Sequence record: ON528717 | Source: Shigella phage ESh3 | DNA: 39,180 bases | Reading direction: 5' to 3' (one strand) | In this document: positions 30,801 to 38,924 of the stretch, piece after piece | Layout of the letters: every line of letters starts with the position of its first letter | Numbering within the stretch: position 1 is the first letter of the stretch | Notes under the pieces: generated by a model | Told to the model about the DNA's origin: nothing | The model's database searches: none | The model's input: the letters and a program-made list of their open reading frames with translations, nothing else | Translations under genes and position numbers: made by a program

Positions 30801-31807
30801 CTTGGACGAAGCTACTCAATGGGACTACTAACTACCTTCTGGATGCTGCCCGACAAGGGATGCTTGGAGACGTGATTAGTGCCACTCTCTCAGGGAAGAC
30901 GACTAGATGGGAGAAGGAAGGCTTCCTGCGTGGTGCTTCTGTAACTCCTGAGCAGATGAAGGGAATCAGGGCACTCATTAAGGAACACATGGTACGTGGT
31001 GAGGACGGTAAGTATACTGTTAAGGATAAGCACGCGTTCTCTATGGACCCAAGAGCTATGGACTTGTGGCGACTGGCTGACAAGGTAGCCGATGAGGCTA
31101 TGCTGAGGCCACATAAGGTTTCCTTACAGGATTCCCATGCGTTTGGTGCGTTAGGGAAGATGGTAATGCAGTTCAAGTCGTTTACTATCAAATCACTGAA
31201 CTCTAAGTTCCTCCGTACCTTCTACGATGGTTACAAGAATAACCGAGCGATTGATGCCGCACTGAGTGGTATCATCTCTATGGGTCTTGCCGGAGGCTAC
31301 TACGCAATGGCTGCACACGTCAAAGCGTATGGAATGCCGAAGGAGAAACGTAAGGAGTACTTAGAGCGAGCATTGGACCCGACCATGATTGCTCACGCTT
31401 CTCTGTCTCGTAGTTCTCAATTGGGTGCACCCTTGGCTATGGCTGACCTAGTTGGTGGCCTGTTCGGGGTTGAGTCCTCAAAGATGGCCCGTTCTACGAT
31501 TCTGCCTAAAGACACCATGAAGGAGCGTGACCCTAATAAGCCTTATACCTCGTGGGAGGTAATGGGTAATATGGGGTCTAACATTCTGGAACAGATGCCT
31601 TCGGCTGGCTTCGTGGCTAACGTGGGGGCTTCCCTACTAAATACCGCTGGTGTGGTTAATGCTCCCAACAAAGCTACTGAGCAGGACTTCATGACTGGTC
31701 TTATGAACTCCACAAAAGAGTTAGTACCGAACGACCCATTGACGCAACAGCTTGTGTTGAAGATTTATGAGGCGAACGGTGTTAACCTGAGGGAGCGTAA
31801 GAAATAA
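27851..31807 (+). CDS. 16: gene 16 internal virion (core) protein D with N-terminal lytic transglycosylase domain
   Basis: 1318 aa; N-terminal SLT-like motif (VAWTESRF...GPLGMMQFTKATAKALGL...AYNQGEG). Confidence 0.97.
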   Translation: MDKYDKNVPSDYDGLFQKAADANGVSYDLLRKVAWTESRFVPTAKSKTGPLGMMQFTKATAKALGLRVTDGPDDDRLNPELAINAAAKHLAGLVGKFDGDELKAALAYNQGEGRLGNPQLEAYSKGDFASISDEGRNYLRNLLDVAKSPMAGQLEAFGGITPKGKGIPAEVGLAGIGHKQKVTQELPESTSFDVKGIEQEAPAKPFAKDFWETHGETLDEYNSRSTFFGFKNAAEAELSNSVAGMAFRAGRLDNGFDVFKDTITPTRWNSHVWTPEELEKIRTEVKNPAYLNVVTGGSPENLDALIKLANENFEADSRAAEAGLGAKLSAGVIGAGVDPLSYVPMVGVTGKGFKLINKSLVVGAESAALNVASEGLRTSVAGGDADYAGASLGGFMFGAGMSIISDTIAAGLKRNKPEAEFDNEFIGPMMRMEARETARNANSTDLSRVNTDSMKFESEHNGIPYADLPTEKGAVVLHDGSVLSASNPINPKTLKEFSEVDPEKAARGIKLAGFTEIGLKTLGSDDADIRRVAIDLVRSPTGMQSGSSGKYGSTASDIFEKLRGTDQRTYNDLYKAMSDAMKDPEFSTGGAKMSREEARYTIERRVALAIENPELQKSLTPNERIVMDIVKQHYDTKRELMENPAVFGNTKAVSIFPESRHKGTYVPHVYDKYAKALKIQRYGAEGLQEGIARSWMCSYDLRPAVKARIDEALKEMHGVEEVTHDMVYKYAMDKAYGISHSDRFTNSSIIEENIEGLVGIENNSFLEARNLFDSDLAITMPDGEQFSVNDLRDFSMFRIMPAYDRRINGDIAIMGSTGKTTKELKDEILALKAKAEGDGKKTGEVHALMDTVKILTGRARRNQDTVWETSLRSINDLGFFAKNAYMGAQNITEIAGMIATGNVRALGHGIPILRDTLYKSKPVSAKELKELHSALFGKEVDQLIRPQRADIVQRLREATDTGPVVANIVGTLKYSTQELAARSPWTKLLNGTTNYLLDAARQGMLGDVISATLSGKTTRWEKEGFLRGASVTPEQMKGIRALIKEHMVRGEDGKYTVKDKHAFSMDPRAMDLWRLADKVADEAMLRPHKVSLQDSHAFGALGKMVMQFKSFTIKSLNSKFLRTFYDGYKNNRAIDAALSGIISMGLAGGYYAMAAHVKAYGMPKEKRKEYLERALDPTMIAHASLSRSSQLGAPLAMADLVGGLFGVESSKMARSTILPKDTMKERDPNKPYTSWEVMGNMGSNILEQMPSAGFVANVGASLLNTAGVVNAPNKATEQDFMTGLMNSTKELVPNDPLTQQLVLKIYEANGVNLRERKK

Positions 31808-31827
31808 TACGACTCACTATAGGGAGA
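31805..31827 (+). promoter_or_regulatory. phage RNAP promoter phi17 (class III)
   Basis: TAATACGACTCACTATAGGGAGA exact, overlaps gene 16 stop. Confidence 0.9.
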
Positions 31828-31879
31828 GGTGAAAGAATCTTCTCCCTGTAGTCTCTTAGATTTACTTTAAGGAGGTCAA

Positions 31880-33709
31880 ATGGCTAACGTAATTAAAACC
31901 GTTTTGACTTACCCGTTAGATGGTTCCAATCGTGATTTTAATATCCCGTTTGAGTATCTAGCCCGTAAGTTCGTAGTGGTAACTCTTATCGGTGTAGACC
32001 GCAAGGTCCTTACGATTAATACAGACTATCGTTTTGCTACGCGTACTACAATCTCACTGACCAAGGCTTGGGGTCCAGCCGATGGCTATACTCTCATAGA
32101 GCTACGTCGAGTAACCTCCACGACCGACCGCTTGGTTGACTTTACTGACGGCTCAATCCTCCGTGCGTATGACCTTAACGTTGCTCAGATTCAAACAATG
32201 CACGTAGCAGAAGAAGCTCGTGACCTAACTGCTGATACCATTGGTGTCAATAACGACGGTCACTTGGATGCCCGTGGTCGTCGCATCGTGAACGTAGCGG
32301 ATGGTATTGAACCAGGCGATGCAATAACTCTAGGTCAAGTCACGCGGTGGAATGATTCTGCCCTGAACTCAAAGAACGCCGCAAAGGTCTCTGAGACAAA
32401 CGCTAAGGATTCCGAGAACAAGGCGAAAGCGTCTGAGACCAATGCAAAGAACTCTGAGAACCTAGCTCACGATTGGGCGCAGAAGTCCGAGGACTCTCCG
32501 GTGACTGGCTCTGAATATTCCGCTTACCATTATTCCCGTAAGTCGTCAGCTAGTGCTAATGCGGCTGCTTCGAGTGCTGCTGCAAGTCTGTCCTCACAGA
32601 ACGCTGCGAAGGTCTCCGAGGATAACGCCAAGGTCTCAGAGACAAACGCTAAGGCTTCTGAGGTTTCCGCTAAGGATGATGCTGATAGAGCAGAACGTGA
32701 GGCAGATAAGCTGGGTAACATGAATGCCCTTGCTGAGGCAATAGAGACAGTACAAGATGGTTATGTGCTCTGGAAGAACCACGTAAGGACAAAGAGTGGA
32801 AACGTGTTTGCGGAACGGTGGTTTGATGTAGAACCCGCATTTAACGAGTATTATGCTTCGAGTTTGCTGATTGCGACTTATCGTATTAGCGGTATTGAGA
32901 GACTTACTACAGCACTGTATACTGAGGGTAATTGGGGGCAGGGCGCTACCGAGCGCGGGACGATTGCCATACTTCGCAGGAATGGTGGTAACGAACTCAC
33001 TGGTGGCGCCTATTTCCACTTTTACCCAAATGGCTCTTTCTACTCTAATACCCACTCAGCGATGGGATGGCAAGGTGGTTGGGAGGACGTAGCAAGAGAA
33101 CCTCATCGCGCACCATTCAGAGTAAACGATGTTGTTAATAACAATGGCGGGTTTGTTCCTGCCTTAACTTGTTACAGCGTGTCCACTGGGGGGTATCCTC
33201 TTCGCTTCACAACTGGTATCATTTCCAATGGAACAGGGAATTGGCCTGAGGCTGTAATTGCACGCATGGACGGAGATAATAACCATTCGGCGACTTACCA
33301 GTGCCAGATGGGAGGCGGGATTTACGCGTGGATGAGATCATATGATGGGTCTGTTCGCGGGATCTCGTTCGCCGTAGAACCACAGTCAGATGCGCGCCTT
33401 AAGACTGTTCATGGTCGGTTGGATACCAAACTACCACTAAGTAACATTGAGTCTATGAACTTTGTTGAGTTTACCTTTAACTACGACAAGAAGGAAGCAA
33501 TACGCCGTGGAGTCATTGCACAGGAACTACAGAAGATTGACCCAGAGTACGTCCACAAAAAGGTGTATAAGATCGGTGGTGGGGAGGAAATGGAAATCCT
33601 TCAGTTAGACCTTACACCAATGACTCTGGATGCACTAGCCGCAATCCAAGAGTTGTCGAATCAAGTTAAAGAACTCAAGGCAGAACTTAAACAAATCAAG
33701 GGAGACTAA
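31880..33709 (+). CDS. 17: gene 17 tail fibre, mosaic: T7-like N-terminal attachment domain, different distal domain, C-terminal intramolecular chaperone
   Basis: 609 aa; N-terminus MANVIKTVLTYPLDGSNRDFNIPFEYLARKFVVVTLIGVDRKV... matches T7 gp17, homology lost after about residue 140. Confidence 0.92.
   Translation: MANVIKTVLTYPLDGSNRDFNIPFEYLARKFVVVTLIGVDRKVLTINTDYRFATRTTISLTKAWGPADGYTLIELRRVTSTTDRLVDFTDGSILRAYDLNVAQIQTMHVAEEARDLTADTIGVNNDGHLDARGRRIVNVADGIEPGDAITLGQVTRWNDSALNSKNAAKVSETNAKDSENKAKASETNAKNSENLAHDWAQKSEDSPVTGSEYSAYHYSRKSSASANAAASSAAASLSSQNAAKVSEDNAKVSETNAKASEVSAKDDADRAEREADKLGNMNALAEAIETVQDGYVLWKNHVRTKSGNVFAERWFDVEPAFNEYYASSLLIATYRISGIERLTTALYTEGNWGQGATERGTIAILRRNGGNELTGGAYFHFYPNGSFYSNTHSAMGWQGGWEDVAREPHRAPFRVNDVVNNNGGFVPALTCYSVSTGGYPLRFTTGIISNGTGNWPEAVIARMDGDNNHSATYQCQMGGGIYAWMRSYDGSVRGISFAVEPQSDARLKTVHGRLDTKLPLSNIESMNFVEFTFNYDKKEAIRRGVIAQELQKIDPEYVHKKVYKIGGGEEMEILQLDLTPMTLDALAAIQELSNQVKELKAELKQIKGD
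32370..32690 (+). repeat. imperfect tandem 21-nt (heptad) repeats encoding the (A/S)ETNAK(x) coiled-coil shaft of the tail fibre
   Basis: Two blocks: AAKVSETNAKDSENKAKASETNAKNSEN and AAKVSEDNAKVSETNAKASEVSAKDDAD, visible at nucleotide level (gtctctgagacaaacgctaagg twice). Confidence 0.6.
33386..33709 (+). other. C-terminal intramolecular chaperone / peptidase S74-type self-cleaving domain of the tail fibre (predicted cleavage at Ser503)
   Basis: SDARLK motif (Ser503, Lys508) followed by ...LSNIESMNFVEF..., IRRGVIAQELQKIDPEYV and a C-terminal helical segment QELSNQVKELKAELKQIKGD. Confidence 0.6.
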
Positions 33710-33746
33710 CTAATAGACCACGGATGGTCAACATAGGGAGGACACA

Positions 33747-33950
33747 ATGCTGTCATTGGATTTCAATAATGAATTAGTCAAAGCTGCACCTATTGTTGGC
33801 ACAGGTGTTGCCGATGGCGCTGCGAGGCTTTTCTTCGGGCTGAGTCTTAATGAGTGGTTCTACGTTGCCGCTATCGCCTACACAGTGGTTCAGATTGGTG
33901 CCAAGGTAGTCGATAAGATGATTGACTGGAAGAAAGCCAATAAGGAGTGA
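33747..33950 (+). CDS. 17.5: gene 17.5 holin (class II)
   Basis: 67 aa MLSLDFNNELVKAAPIVGTGVADGAARLFFGLSLNEWFYVAAIAYTVVQIGAKVVDKMIDWKKANKE, hydrophobic segments. Confidence 0.9.
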   Translation: MLSLDFNNELVKAAPIVGTGVADGAARLFFGLSLNEWFYVAAIAYTVVQIGAKVVDKMIDWKKANKE

Positions 33951-33955
33951 CATGT

Positions 33956-34225
33956 ATGGAAAAAGATAAGAGCCTTATCACGTTCTTAGAGATGTTGGAC
34001 ACCGCGATGGCTCAGCGTATGCTTGCGGACCTTTCGGACCCTGAGCGTCGTTCCCCACAACTCTATAACGCCATCAACAAACTGTTAGACCGCCACAAGT
34101 TCCAGATTGGTAAGTTGCAGCCGGATGTTCACATCTTGGGTGGCCTTGCTGGTGCTCTTGAAGAGTACAAAGAGAAAGTCGGTGATAACGGTCTTACGGA
34201 TGACGATATTTACACTTTACAGTGA
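33956..34225 (+). CDS. 18: gene 18 terminase small subunit
   Basis: 89 aa MEKDKSLITFLEMLDTAMAQRMLADLSDPERRSPQLYNAINKLLDRHKFQIGKL...; track ORF starts at GTG 33947. Confidence 0.9.
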   Translation: MEKDKSLITFLEMLDTAMAQRMLADLSDPERRSPQLYNAINKLLDRHKFQIGKLQPDVHILGGLAGALEEYKEKVGDNGLTDDDIYTLQ

Positions 34226-34228
34226 TAT

Positions 34229-34268
34229 ACTCAAGGCCACTACATATAGTGGTCTTTATGGATGTCAT
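34229..34268 (+). promoter_or_regulatory. RNase III site R18.5
   Basis: actcaaggccactacatatagtggtctttatggatg hairpin. Confidence 0.5.
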
Positions 34269-34319
34269 TGTCTATATGAGATGCTCCTACGTGAAATCTG
34301 AAAGTTAACGGGAGGCATT

Positions 34320-34763
34320 ATGCTGCAATTTTTACGTAAGCTGGTCCCTTGGGTTCTCGCTGGGATGCTATTCGGATGGGGATGGCAACTTGGGGCAGAC
34401 TCAATGGACGCTAAGTGGAAACAGGAGGTACAGAATGAGTACGTTAAGAGAGTTGAGGCTACGAAGAGCACTCAAAGAGCAATCGATGCGGTATCGGCTA
34501 AGTATCAAGAAGACCTTGCCGCGCTGGAAGGGAGCACTGATAGGATTATTTCTGATTTGCGTAGCGACAATAAGCGGTTGCGCGTCAGAGTCAAACCTAC
34601 CGGAACCTCCGATGGTCAGTGTGGATTCGAGCCTGATGGTCGAGCCGAACTTGACGACCGAGATGCTAAGCGTATTCTCGCAGTGACCCAGAAGGGTGAC
34701 GCATGGATTCGTGCGTTACAGGATACTATTCGTGAACTGCAACGTAAGCAGGAAATCAAGTAA
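34320..34763 (+). CDS. 18.5: gene 18.5 Rz-like inner-membrane spanin
   Basis: 147 aa, N-terminal TM (LVPWVLAGMLFGWGW) then coiled-coil periplasmic region. Confidence 0.9.
   Translation: MLQFLRKLVPWVLAGMLFGWGWQLGADSMDAKWKQEVQNEYVKRVEATKSTQRAIDAVSAKYQEDLAALEGSTDRIISDLRSDNKRLRVRVKPTGTSDGQCGFEPDGRAELDDRDAKRILAVTQKGDAWIRALQDTIRELQRKQEIK
34435..34686 (+). CDS. 18.7: gene 18.7 Rz1-like outer-membrane lipoprotein spanin, embedded in +1 frame of 18.5
   Basis: 83 aa MSTLRELRLRRALKEQSMRYRLSIKKTLPRWKGALIGLFLICVATISGCASES..., lipobox ISGC, Pro-rich; RBS aggagg. Confidence 0.8.
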   Translation: MSTLRELRLRRALKEQSMRYRLSIKKTLPRWKGALIGLFLICVATISGCASESNLPEPPMVSVDSSLMVEPNLTTEMLSVFSQ

Positions 34764-34772
34764 GGAGGTAAC

Positions 34773-36533
34773 GTGTCTACTCAATCCAACCGTAATGCGC
34801 TCGTAGTGGCGCAACTGAAAGGAGACTTCGTGGCGTTCCTGTTCGTCTTATGGAAGGCGTTAAACCTTCCGGTGCCAACTAAGTGTCAGATTGACATGGC
34901 TAAGGTACTGGCGAATGGGGATAACAAGAAGTTCATCCTACAGGCTTTCCGTGGTATCGGTAAGTCGTTCATCACATGTGCGTTCGTTGTGTGGTCCCTA
35001 TGGAGAGACCCTCAGTTGAAGATACTCATTGTATCAGCCTCTAAGGAACGTGCAGACGCTAACTCCATCTTCATTAAGAACATCATTGACCTGCTGCCAT
35101 TCCTCGCTGAGCTAAAGCCGAGGCCCGGTCAGCGTGACTCTGTAATCAGCTTTGATGTAGGCCCAGCCAATCCTGACCACTCTCCTAGTGTGAAATCAGT
35201 AGGTATCACTGGTCAGTTAACTGGTAGCCGTGCTGACATTATCATTGCGGATGACGTGGAGATTCCGTCTAACAGTGCGACTATGGGTGCCCGTGAGAAG
35301 CTCTGGACTCTTGTTCAGGAGTTCGCTGCGTTACTTAAGCCGCTGCCCACCTCTCGCGTTATCTACCTCGGTACACCTCAGACAGAGATGACTCTCTATA
35401 AGGAACTTGAGGATAACCGTGGGTACACAACCATAATCTGGCCTGCTCTGTACCCAAGGACTCATGAAGAGAACCTCTATTACTCACAGCGTCTTGCTCC
35501 TATGCTACGCGCTGAGTACGATGAGAACCCTGAGGCACTTGCTGGTACTCCTACAGACCCTGTGCGCTTTGACCGTGATGACCTCCGTGAGCGTGAATTG
35601 GAATACGGTAAGGCTGGCTTCACACTACAGTTCATGCTTAACCCGAACCTGAGTGATGCCGAGAAGTACCCTCTGAGGCTCCGTGACGCTATCGTAGCGG
35701 CCTTAGACTTAGAGAAGGCCCCAATGCATTACCAGTGGCTTCCTAACCGTCAGAACATCATTGAGGACCTTCCTAACGTTGGTCTTAAGGGTGATGACCT
35801 TCATACGTACCATGATTGCTCCAACAACTCAGGTCAGTATCAACAGAAGATTCTGGTTATTGACCCTAGTGGTCGCGGTAAGGACGAAACAGGTTACGCT
35901 GTTCTGTACACCCTGAACGGCTACATCTACCTTATGGAAGCTGGAGGTTTCCGTGATGGCTACTCCGATAAGACCCTTGAGTTGCTCGCTAAGAAAGCTA
36001 AGCAATGGGGAGTCCAGACGGTTGTCTACGAGAGTAACTTCGGTGACGGTATGTTTGGTAAGGTGTTCAGTCCCATCCTTCTTAAACACCACAACTGTGC
36101 AATGGAAGAGATTCGTGCCCGTGGTATGAAAGAGATGCGTATTTGTGATACCCTTGAGCCAGTCATGCAGACTCACCGCCTTGTCATTCGTGATGAGGTC
36201 ATTAGGGCCGACTACCAGTCCGCTCGTGACGTAGACGGTAAGCATGACGTTAAATACTCACTGTTCTACCAGATGACCCGTATCACTCGTGAGAAAGGTG
36301 CTCTGGCCCATGATGACCGATTGGATGCCCTTGCGTTAGGCATTGAGTATCTCCGTGAGTCCATGCAGTTGGATTCCGTTAAGGTCGAAGGTGAAGTGCT
36401 TGCTGACTTCCTTGAGGAGCACATGATGCGTCCTACAGTGTCTGCTACCCACATCATTGAGATGTCTGTAGGAGGAGTTGATGTGTACTCCGAGGACGAT
36501 GAGGGTTACGGTACGTCTTTCATTGAGTGGTGA
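34773..36533 (+). CDS. 19: gene 19 terminase large subunit (DNA maturase B), apparent GTG start
   Basis: 586 aa [45 protein letters not shown]..., RBS aaggagg 4 nt upstream. Confidence 0.97.
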   Translation: MSTQSNRNALVVAQLKGDFVAFLFVLWKALNLPVPTKCQIDMAKVLANGDNKKFILQAFRGIGKSFITCAFVVWSLWRDPQLKILIVSASKERADANSIFIKNIIDLLPFLAELKPRPGQRDSVISFDVGPANPDHSPSVKSVGITGQLTGSRADIIIADDVEIPSNSATMGAREKLWTLVQEFAALLKPLPTSRVIYLGTPQTEMTLYKELEDNRGYTTIIWPALYPRTHEENLYYSQRLAPMLRAEYDENPEALAGTPTDPVRFDRDDLRERELEYGKAGFTLQFMLNPNLSDAEKYPLRLRDAIVAALDLEKAPMHYQWLPNRQNIIEDLPNVGLKGDDLHTYHDCSNNSGQYQQKILVIDPSGRGKDETGYAVLYTLNGYIYLMEAGGFRDGYSDKTLELLAKKAKQWGVQTVVYESNFGDGMFGKVFSPILLKHHNCAMEEIRARGMKEMRICDTLEPVMQTHRLVIRDEVIRADYQSARDVDGKHDVKYSLFYQMTRITREKGALAHDDRLDALALGIEYLRESMQLDSVKVEGEVLADFLEEHMMRPTVSATHIIEMSVGGVDVYSEDDEGYGTSFIEW

Positions 36534-36614
36534 TTTATTCACTGAGACTGCATAGGGATGCACTATAGACCACGGATGGTAAGTTCTTTAAGTTACTGAA
36601 AAGACACAATAAAT

Positions 36615-36637
36615 TAATACGACTCACTATAGGGAGA
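36615..36637 (+). promoter_or_regulatory. phage RNAP promoter phiOR (right-end replication/packaging promoter)
   Basis: TAATACGACTCACTATAGGGAGA exact. Confidence 0.9.
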
Positions 36638-36792
36638 GGAGGGACGAAAGGTTACTATATAGATACTGAATGAATACTTATAGAGTGCATAAAGTATGCA
36701 TATAGGTGTACCTAACGTGACCTCTAAGAATGGTGATTATATTGTTATTAATATCACCTCTACTTAAAGACCAACATAAAGGAGGGAGACTC

Positions 36793-36942
36793 ATGTTCCG
36801 CTTATTGTTGACCTTGTTGCGGCATAGAGTCACCTACCGATTTCTTGTGGTACTTTGTGCTGCCCTTGGGTACGCATCTCTTACTGGAGACCTCAGTTCA
36901 CTGGAGTCTGCCGTTTGCTCTATACTCACTTGTAGCGATTAG
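36793..36942 (+). CDS. 19.5: gene 19.5, small hydrophobic protein
   Basis: 49 aa MFRLLLTLLRHRVTYRFLVVLCAALGYASLTGDLSSLESAVCSILTCSD; RBS aaggaggga. Confidence 0.75.
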   Translation: MFRLLLTLLRHRVTYRFLVVLCAALGYASLTGDLSSLESAVCSILTCSD

Positions 36943-36959
36943 GGTCTTCCTGACCGACT

Positions 36960-37181
36960 GATGGCTCACCGAGGGATTCAGCGGTATGATTGCATCACGC
37001 CACTTCATCCCTATAGAGTCAAGTCCTAAGGTATATCCACAAAGAGCCTCTAATGGTCTATCCTAAGGTCTATACCTAAAGATAGACCATCCTATCAGTG
37101 GAACCTAAAGAGGGTCTCAGAGAGGGCCTAAGGAGTCCATAGAGGGTCCTTTAAAATATACCATAAAAATCTGAGTGACTA
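36960..37181 (+). repeat. right-end non-coding region with CCTAAAG/CCTAAGG-type short repeats preceding the terminal repeat (packaging / concatemer-processing region)
   Basis: cctaaggtatatcc..cctaaggtctatacctaaagatagaccatcc..aacctaaagagggtc..gggcctaaggagtcc; matches recalled T7 right end. Confidence 0.45.
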
Positions 37182-37347
37182 TCTCACAGTGTACGGACCT
37201 AAAGTTCCCCCATAGGGGTACCTAAAGCCCAGCCAATCACCTTGAGTCAACTTTCAGTTGACCTTGAGGGTTCCCTAGGGTTGGGGTTGGTCCCTTGGGG
37301 TTTACCTTGAGTGTCTCTTCTTGTCCCTATCTGTTCAGTCTCCTAAA
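37182..37347 (+). repeat. direct terminal repeat of the linear genome (single collapsed copy); physical genome ends lie here
   Basis: Begins TCTCACAGTGTACGGACCTAAAGTTCCCCCATAGGGG and ends ..CTGTTCAGTCTCCTAAA, colinear with the recalled 160-bp T7 terminal repeat. Confidence 0.6.
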
Positions 37348-37348
37348 G

Positions 37349-37512
37349 TATCCTCCTAAAGTCACCTCCTAAAGTCATTCCTACCGTCTACAACCTAAAG
37401 ACTACACCTAAAGACCCATCGAGTCAACGCCTATCTTAAAGTATCTTCTAAAGACCATCCTAAAGACCATTCTAAAGACCATCCTAAAGACCATCCTAAA
37501 GCCTATTCCTAC
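37349..37512 (+). repeat. left-end short tandem repeat region (CCTAAAG heptamers, then a 12-bp tandem array of about 6 units)
   Basis: gtatcttctaaa gaccatcctaaa gaccattctaaa gaccatcctaaa gaccatcctaaa gcctattcctac at 37441-37512. Confidence 0.6.
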
Positions 37513-37562
37513 AGACGCCTTGTTGTTATCTATAAAGAGATAATCTTCAATCATTGTCTCTT

Positions 37563-37585
37563 TAATACGACTCACTATAAGGAGA
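37563..37585 (+). promoter_or_regulatory. phage RNAP promoter phiOL (left end)
   Basis: TAATACGACTCACTATAAGGAGA. Confidence 0.8.
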
Positions 37586-37634
37586 CTACTTAAAGATACC
37601 TTAAAAGAGAAATTAAAGAATTTTAAAAAGAGTA

Positions 37635-37663
37635 TTGACTTAAAGAGTCCTAGGGATTACTAT
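37635..37663 (+). promoter_or_regulatory. host sigma70 early promoter A1
   Basis: -35 TTGACT, 17-bp spacer, -10 TACTAT. Confidence 0.7.
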
Positions 37664-37761
37664 TCATCTCGTCAACGGGACAACGGCCTTAAAGCCACTC
37701 CCTGAGATACCGGGGTCAACCGGATAAGTAGACAGCCTGTAAGTCGCACGAAAAACAGGTA

Positions 37762-37791
37762 TTGACAACACGAAATAACATGCAGTAAGAT
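37762..37791 (+). promoter_or_regulatory. host sigma70 early promoter A2
   Basis: -35 TTGACA, 18-bp spacer, -10 TAAGAT. Confidence 0.75.
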
Positions 37792-37876
37792 ACACAACGT
37801 AGCGTCAACCGGACGCACGCAAGGTGTCTTCTAGGTGACTTAAGCGCACCACGGCACACAAAGTGAAACAAAACGG

Positions 37877-37905
37877 TTGACAACATGAAGTAAACACGGT
37901 ACGAT
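37877..37905 (+). promoter_or_regulatory. host sigma70 early promoter A3
   Basis: -35 TTGACA, 17-bp spacer, -10 TACGAT. Confidence 0.75.
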
Positions 37906-38044
37906 GTACCACAGCTACCACAGGGTAGCACATGAAACGACAGTGAGGCGCAACACTGAAAGGCGCTAGGGTCTAACGAAACCTGACCGACATGCTCTTT
38001 AACAATCTGGTAAATAGCTCTTGAGGTGCACGAATAGCGGATAA

Positions 38045-38081
38045 CTCAAGGGTATCGCAAGGTGCCCTTTATGATATTCAC
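38045..38081 (+). promoter_or_regulatory. RNase III site R0.3
   Basis: ctcaagggtatcgcaaggtgccctttatgatattcac hairpin upstream of gene 0.3. Confidence 0.5.
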
Positions 38082-38106
38082 TAATAACTGCACGAGGTAA
38101 CACAAG

Positions 38107-38448
38107 ATGGCTATGTCTAACATGACTTACAACAACGTTTTCGACCACGCTTACGAAATGCTGAAAGAAAACATCCGTTATGATGACATCCGCGACACTG
38201 ATGACATGCACGATGCTATTCATATGGCTGCCGATAGCGCAATCCCGCACTACTACGCTGATATTTTTAGCGTAATGGCAAGCGAGGGCATTGACCTTGA
38301 GTTCGAAGACTCTGGTCTTATGCCGGACACCAAGGACATAATCCGTATCCTGCAAGCTCGTATCTATGAGCAACTCACGATTGACCTCTGGGAAGACGCT
38401 GAGGACTTACTTAACGAGTACCTTGAGGAAGTCGAGGAAGAAGAGTAA
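38107..38448 (+). CDS. ocr: gene 0.3 Ocr, DNA-mimic anti-restriction protein (inhibits type I R-M; reported to inhibit BREX)
   Basis: 113 aa [77 protein letters not shown]..., acidic. Confidence 0.95.
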   Translation: MAMSNMTYNNVFDHAYEMLKENIRYDDIRDTDDMHDAIHMAADSAIPHYYADIFSVMASEGIDLEFEDSGLMPDTKDIIRILQARIYEQLTIDLWEDAEDLLNEYLEEVEEEE

Positions 38449-38603
38449 TGGCTAACAACAACACGCAATACGGTCTGACCGCTCAAACTGTACTGTTTTA
38501 TAGTGACATGGTGCGCTGTGGGTTTAACTGGTCGCTCGCAATGACACACCTTAAGGAACTGTACGAAAACAACAAGGCAATCGCTCTAGAATCTGCTGAG
38601 TGA
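38448..38603 (+). CDS. 0.4: gene 0.4 (in T7, inhibitor of FtsZ / cell division)
   Basis: 51 aa [51 protein letters not shown]; ATG overlaps ocr stop. Confidence 0.85.
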   Translation: MANNNTQYGLTAQTVLFYSDMVRCGFNWSLAMTHLKELYENNKAIALESAE

Positions 38604-38607
38604 TAGG

Positions 38608-38650
38608 CTCAAGGTCGCTCCTAACGAGTGGCCTTTATGATTATCACTTA
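38608..38650 (+). promoter_or_regulatory. RNase III-type site (R0.5), copy a of a 43-bp direct repeat
   Basis: ctcaaggtcgctcctaacgagtggcctttatgattatcactt. Confidence 0.6.
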
Positions 38651-38671
38651 ACTTGCAGTAGGACTAACATC

Positions 38672-38872
38672 ATGAGTAAACTTTTGGCAACCTCCAAAAT
38701 CAAAGGCCAATGCACTGTGACACTGCGTGAGTATTACCACGGGTCTATGGGAAGCACCTACGTTGTACGATACGGTAAACAGGTAACACATTGGGTAAAC
38801 CCGATTTTGGCGCAAGAAGAGTATCAAGCCTGTGTGATACACCAAGCAACATGTGCAGGCTGGAATGATTGA
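38672..38872 (+). CDS. 66-aa early accessory ORF of unknown function, bracketed by the duplicated R site
   Basis: MSKLLATSKIKGQCTVTLREYYHGSMGSTYVVRYGKQVTHWVNPILAQEEYQACVIHQATCAGWND; track ORF starts at 38600, ATG 38672 chosen because it follows R site copy a. Confidence 0.6.
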   Translation: MSKLLATSKIKGQCTVTLREYYHGSMGSTYVVRYGKQVTHWVNPILAQEEYQACVIHQATCAGWND

Positions 38873-38924
38873 CAACACTATTTGCACTAACTGGACATAG
38901 CCTTCGAGTCTACCCAGTGATAAA

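Noticed and set aside
37349-37512. Short tandem repeats that could be mistaken for a CRISPR array
   Set aside because: Units are 7-12 bp with no spacers of unique sequence and lie next to the genome terminus; they fit T7-type terminal packaging repeats, not CRISPR repeat-spacer architecture. No cas genes are present.
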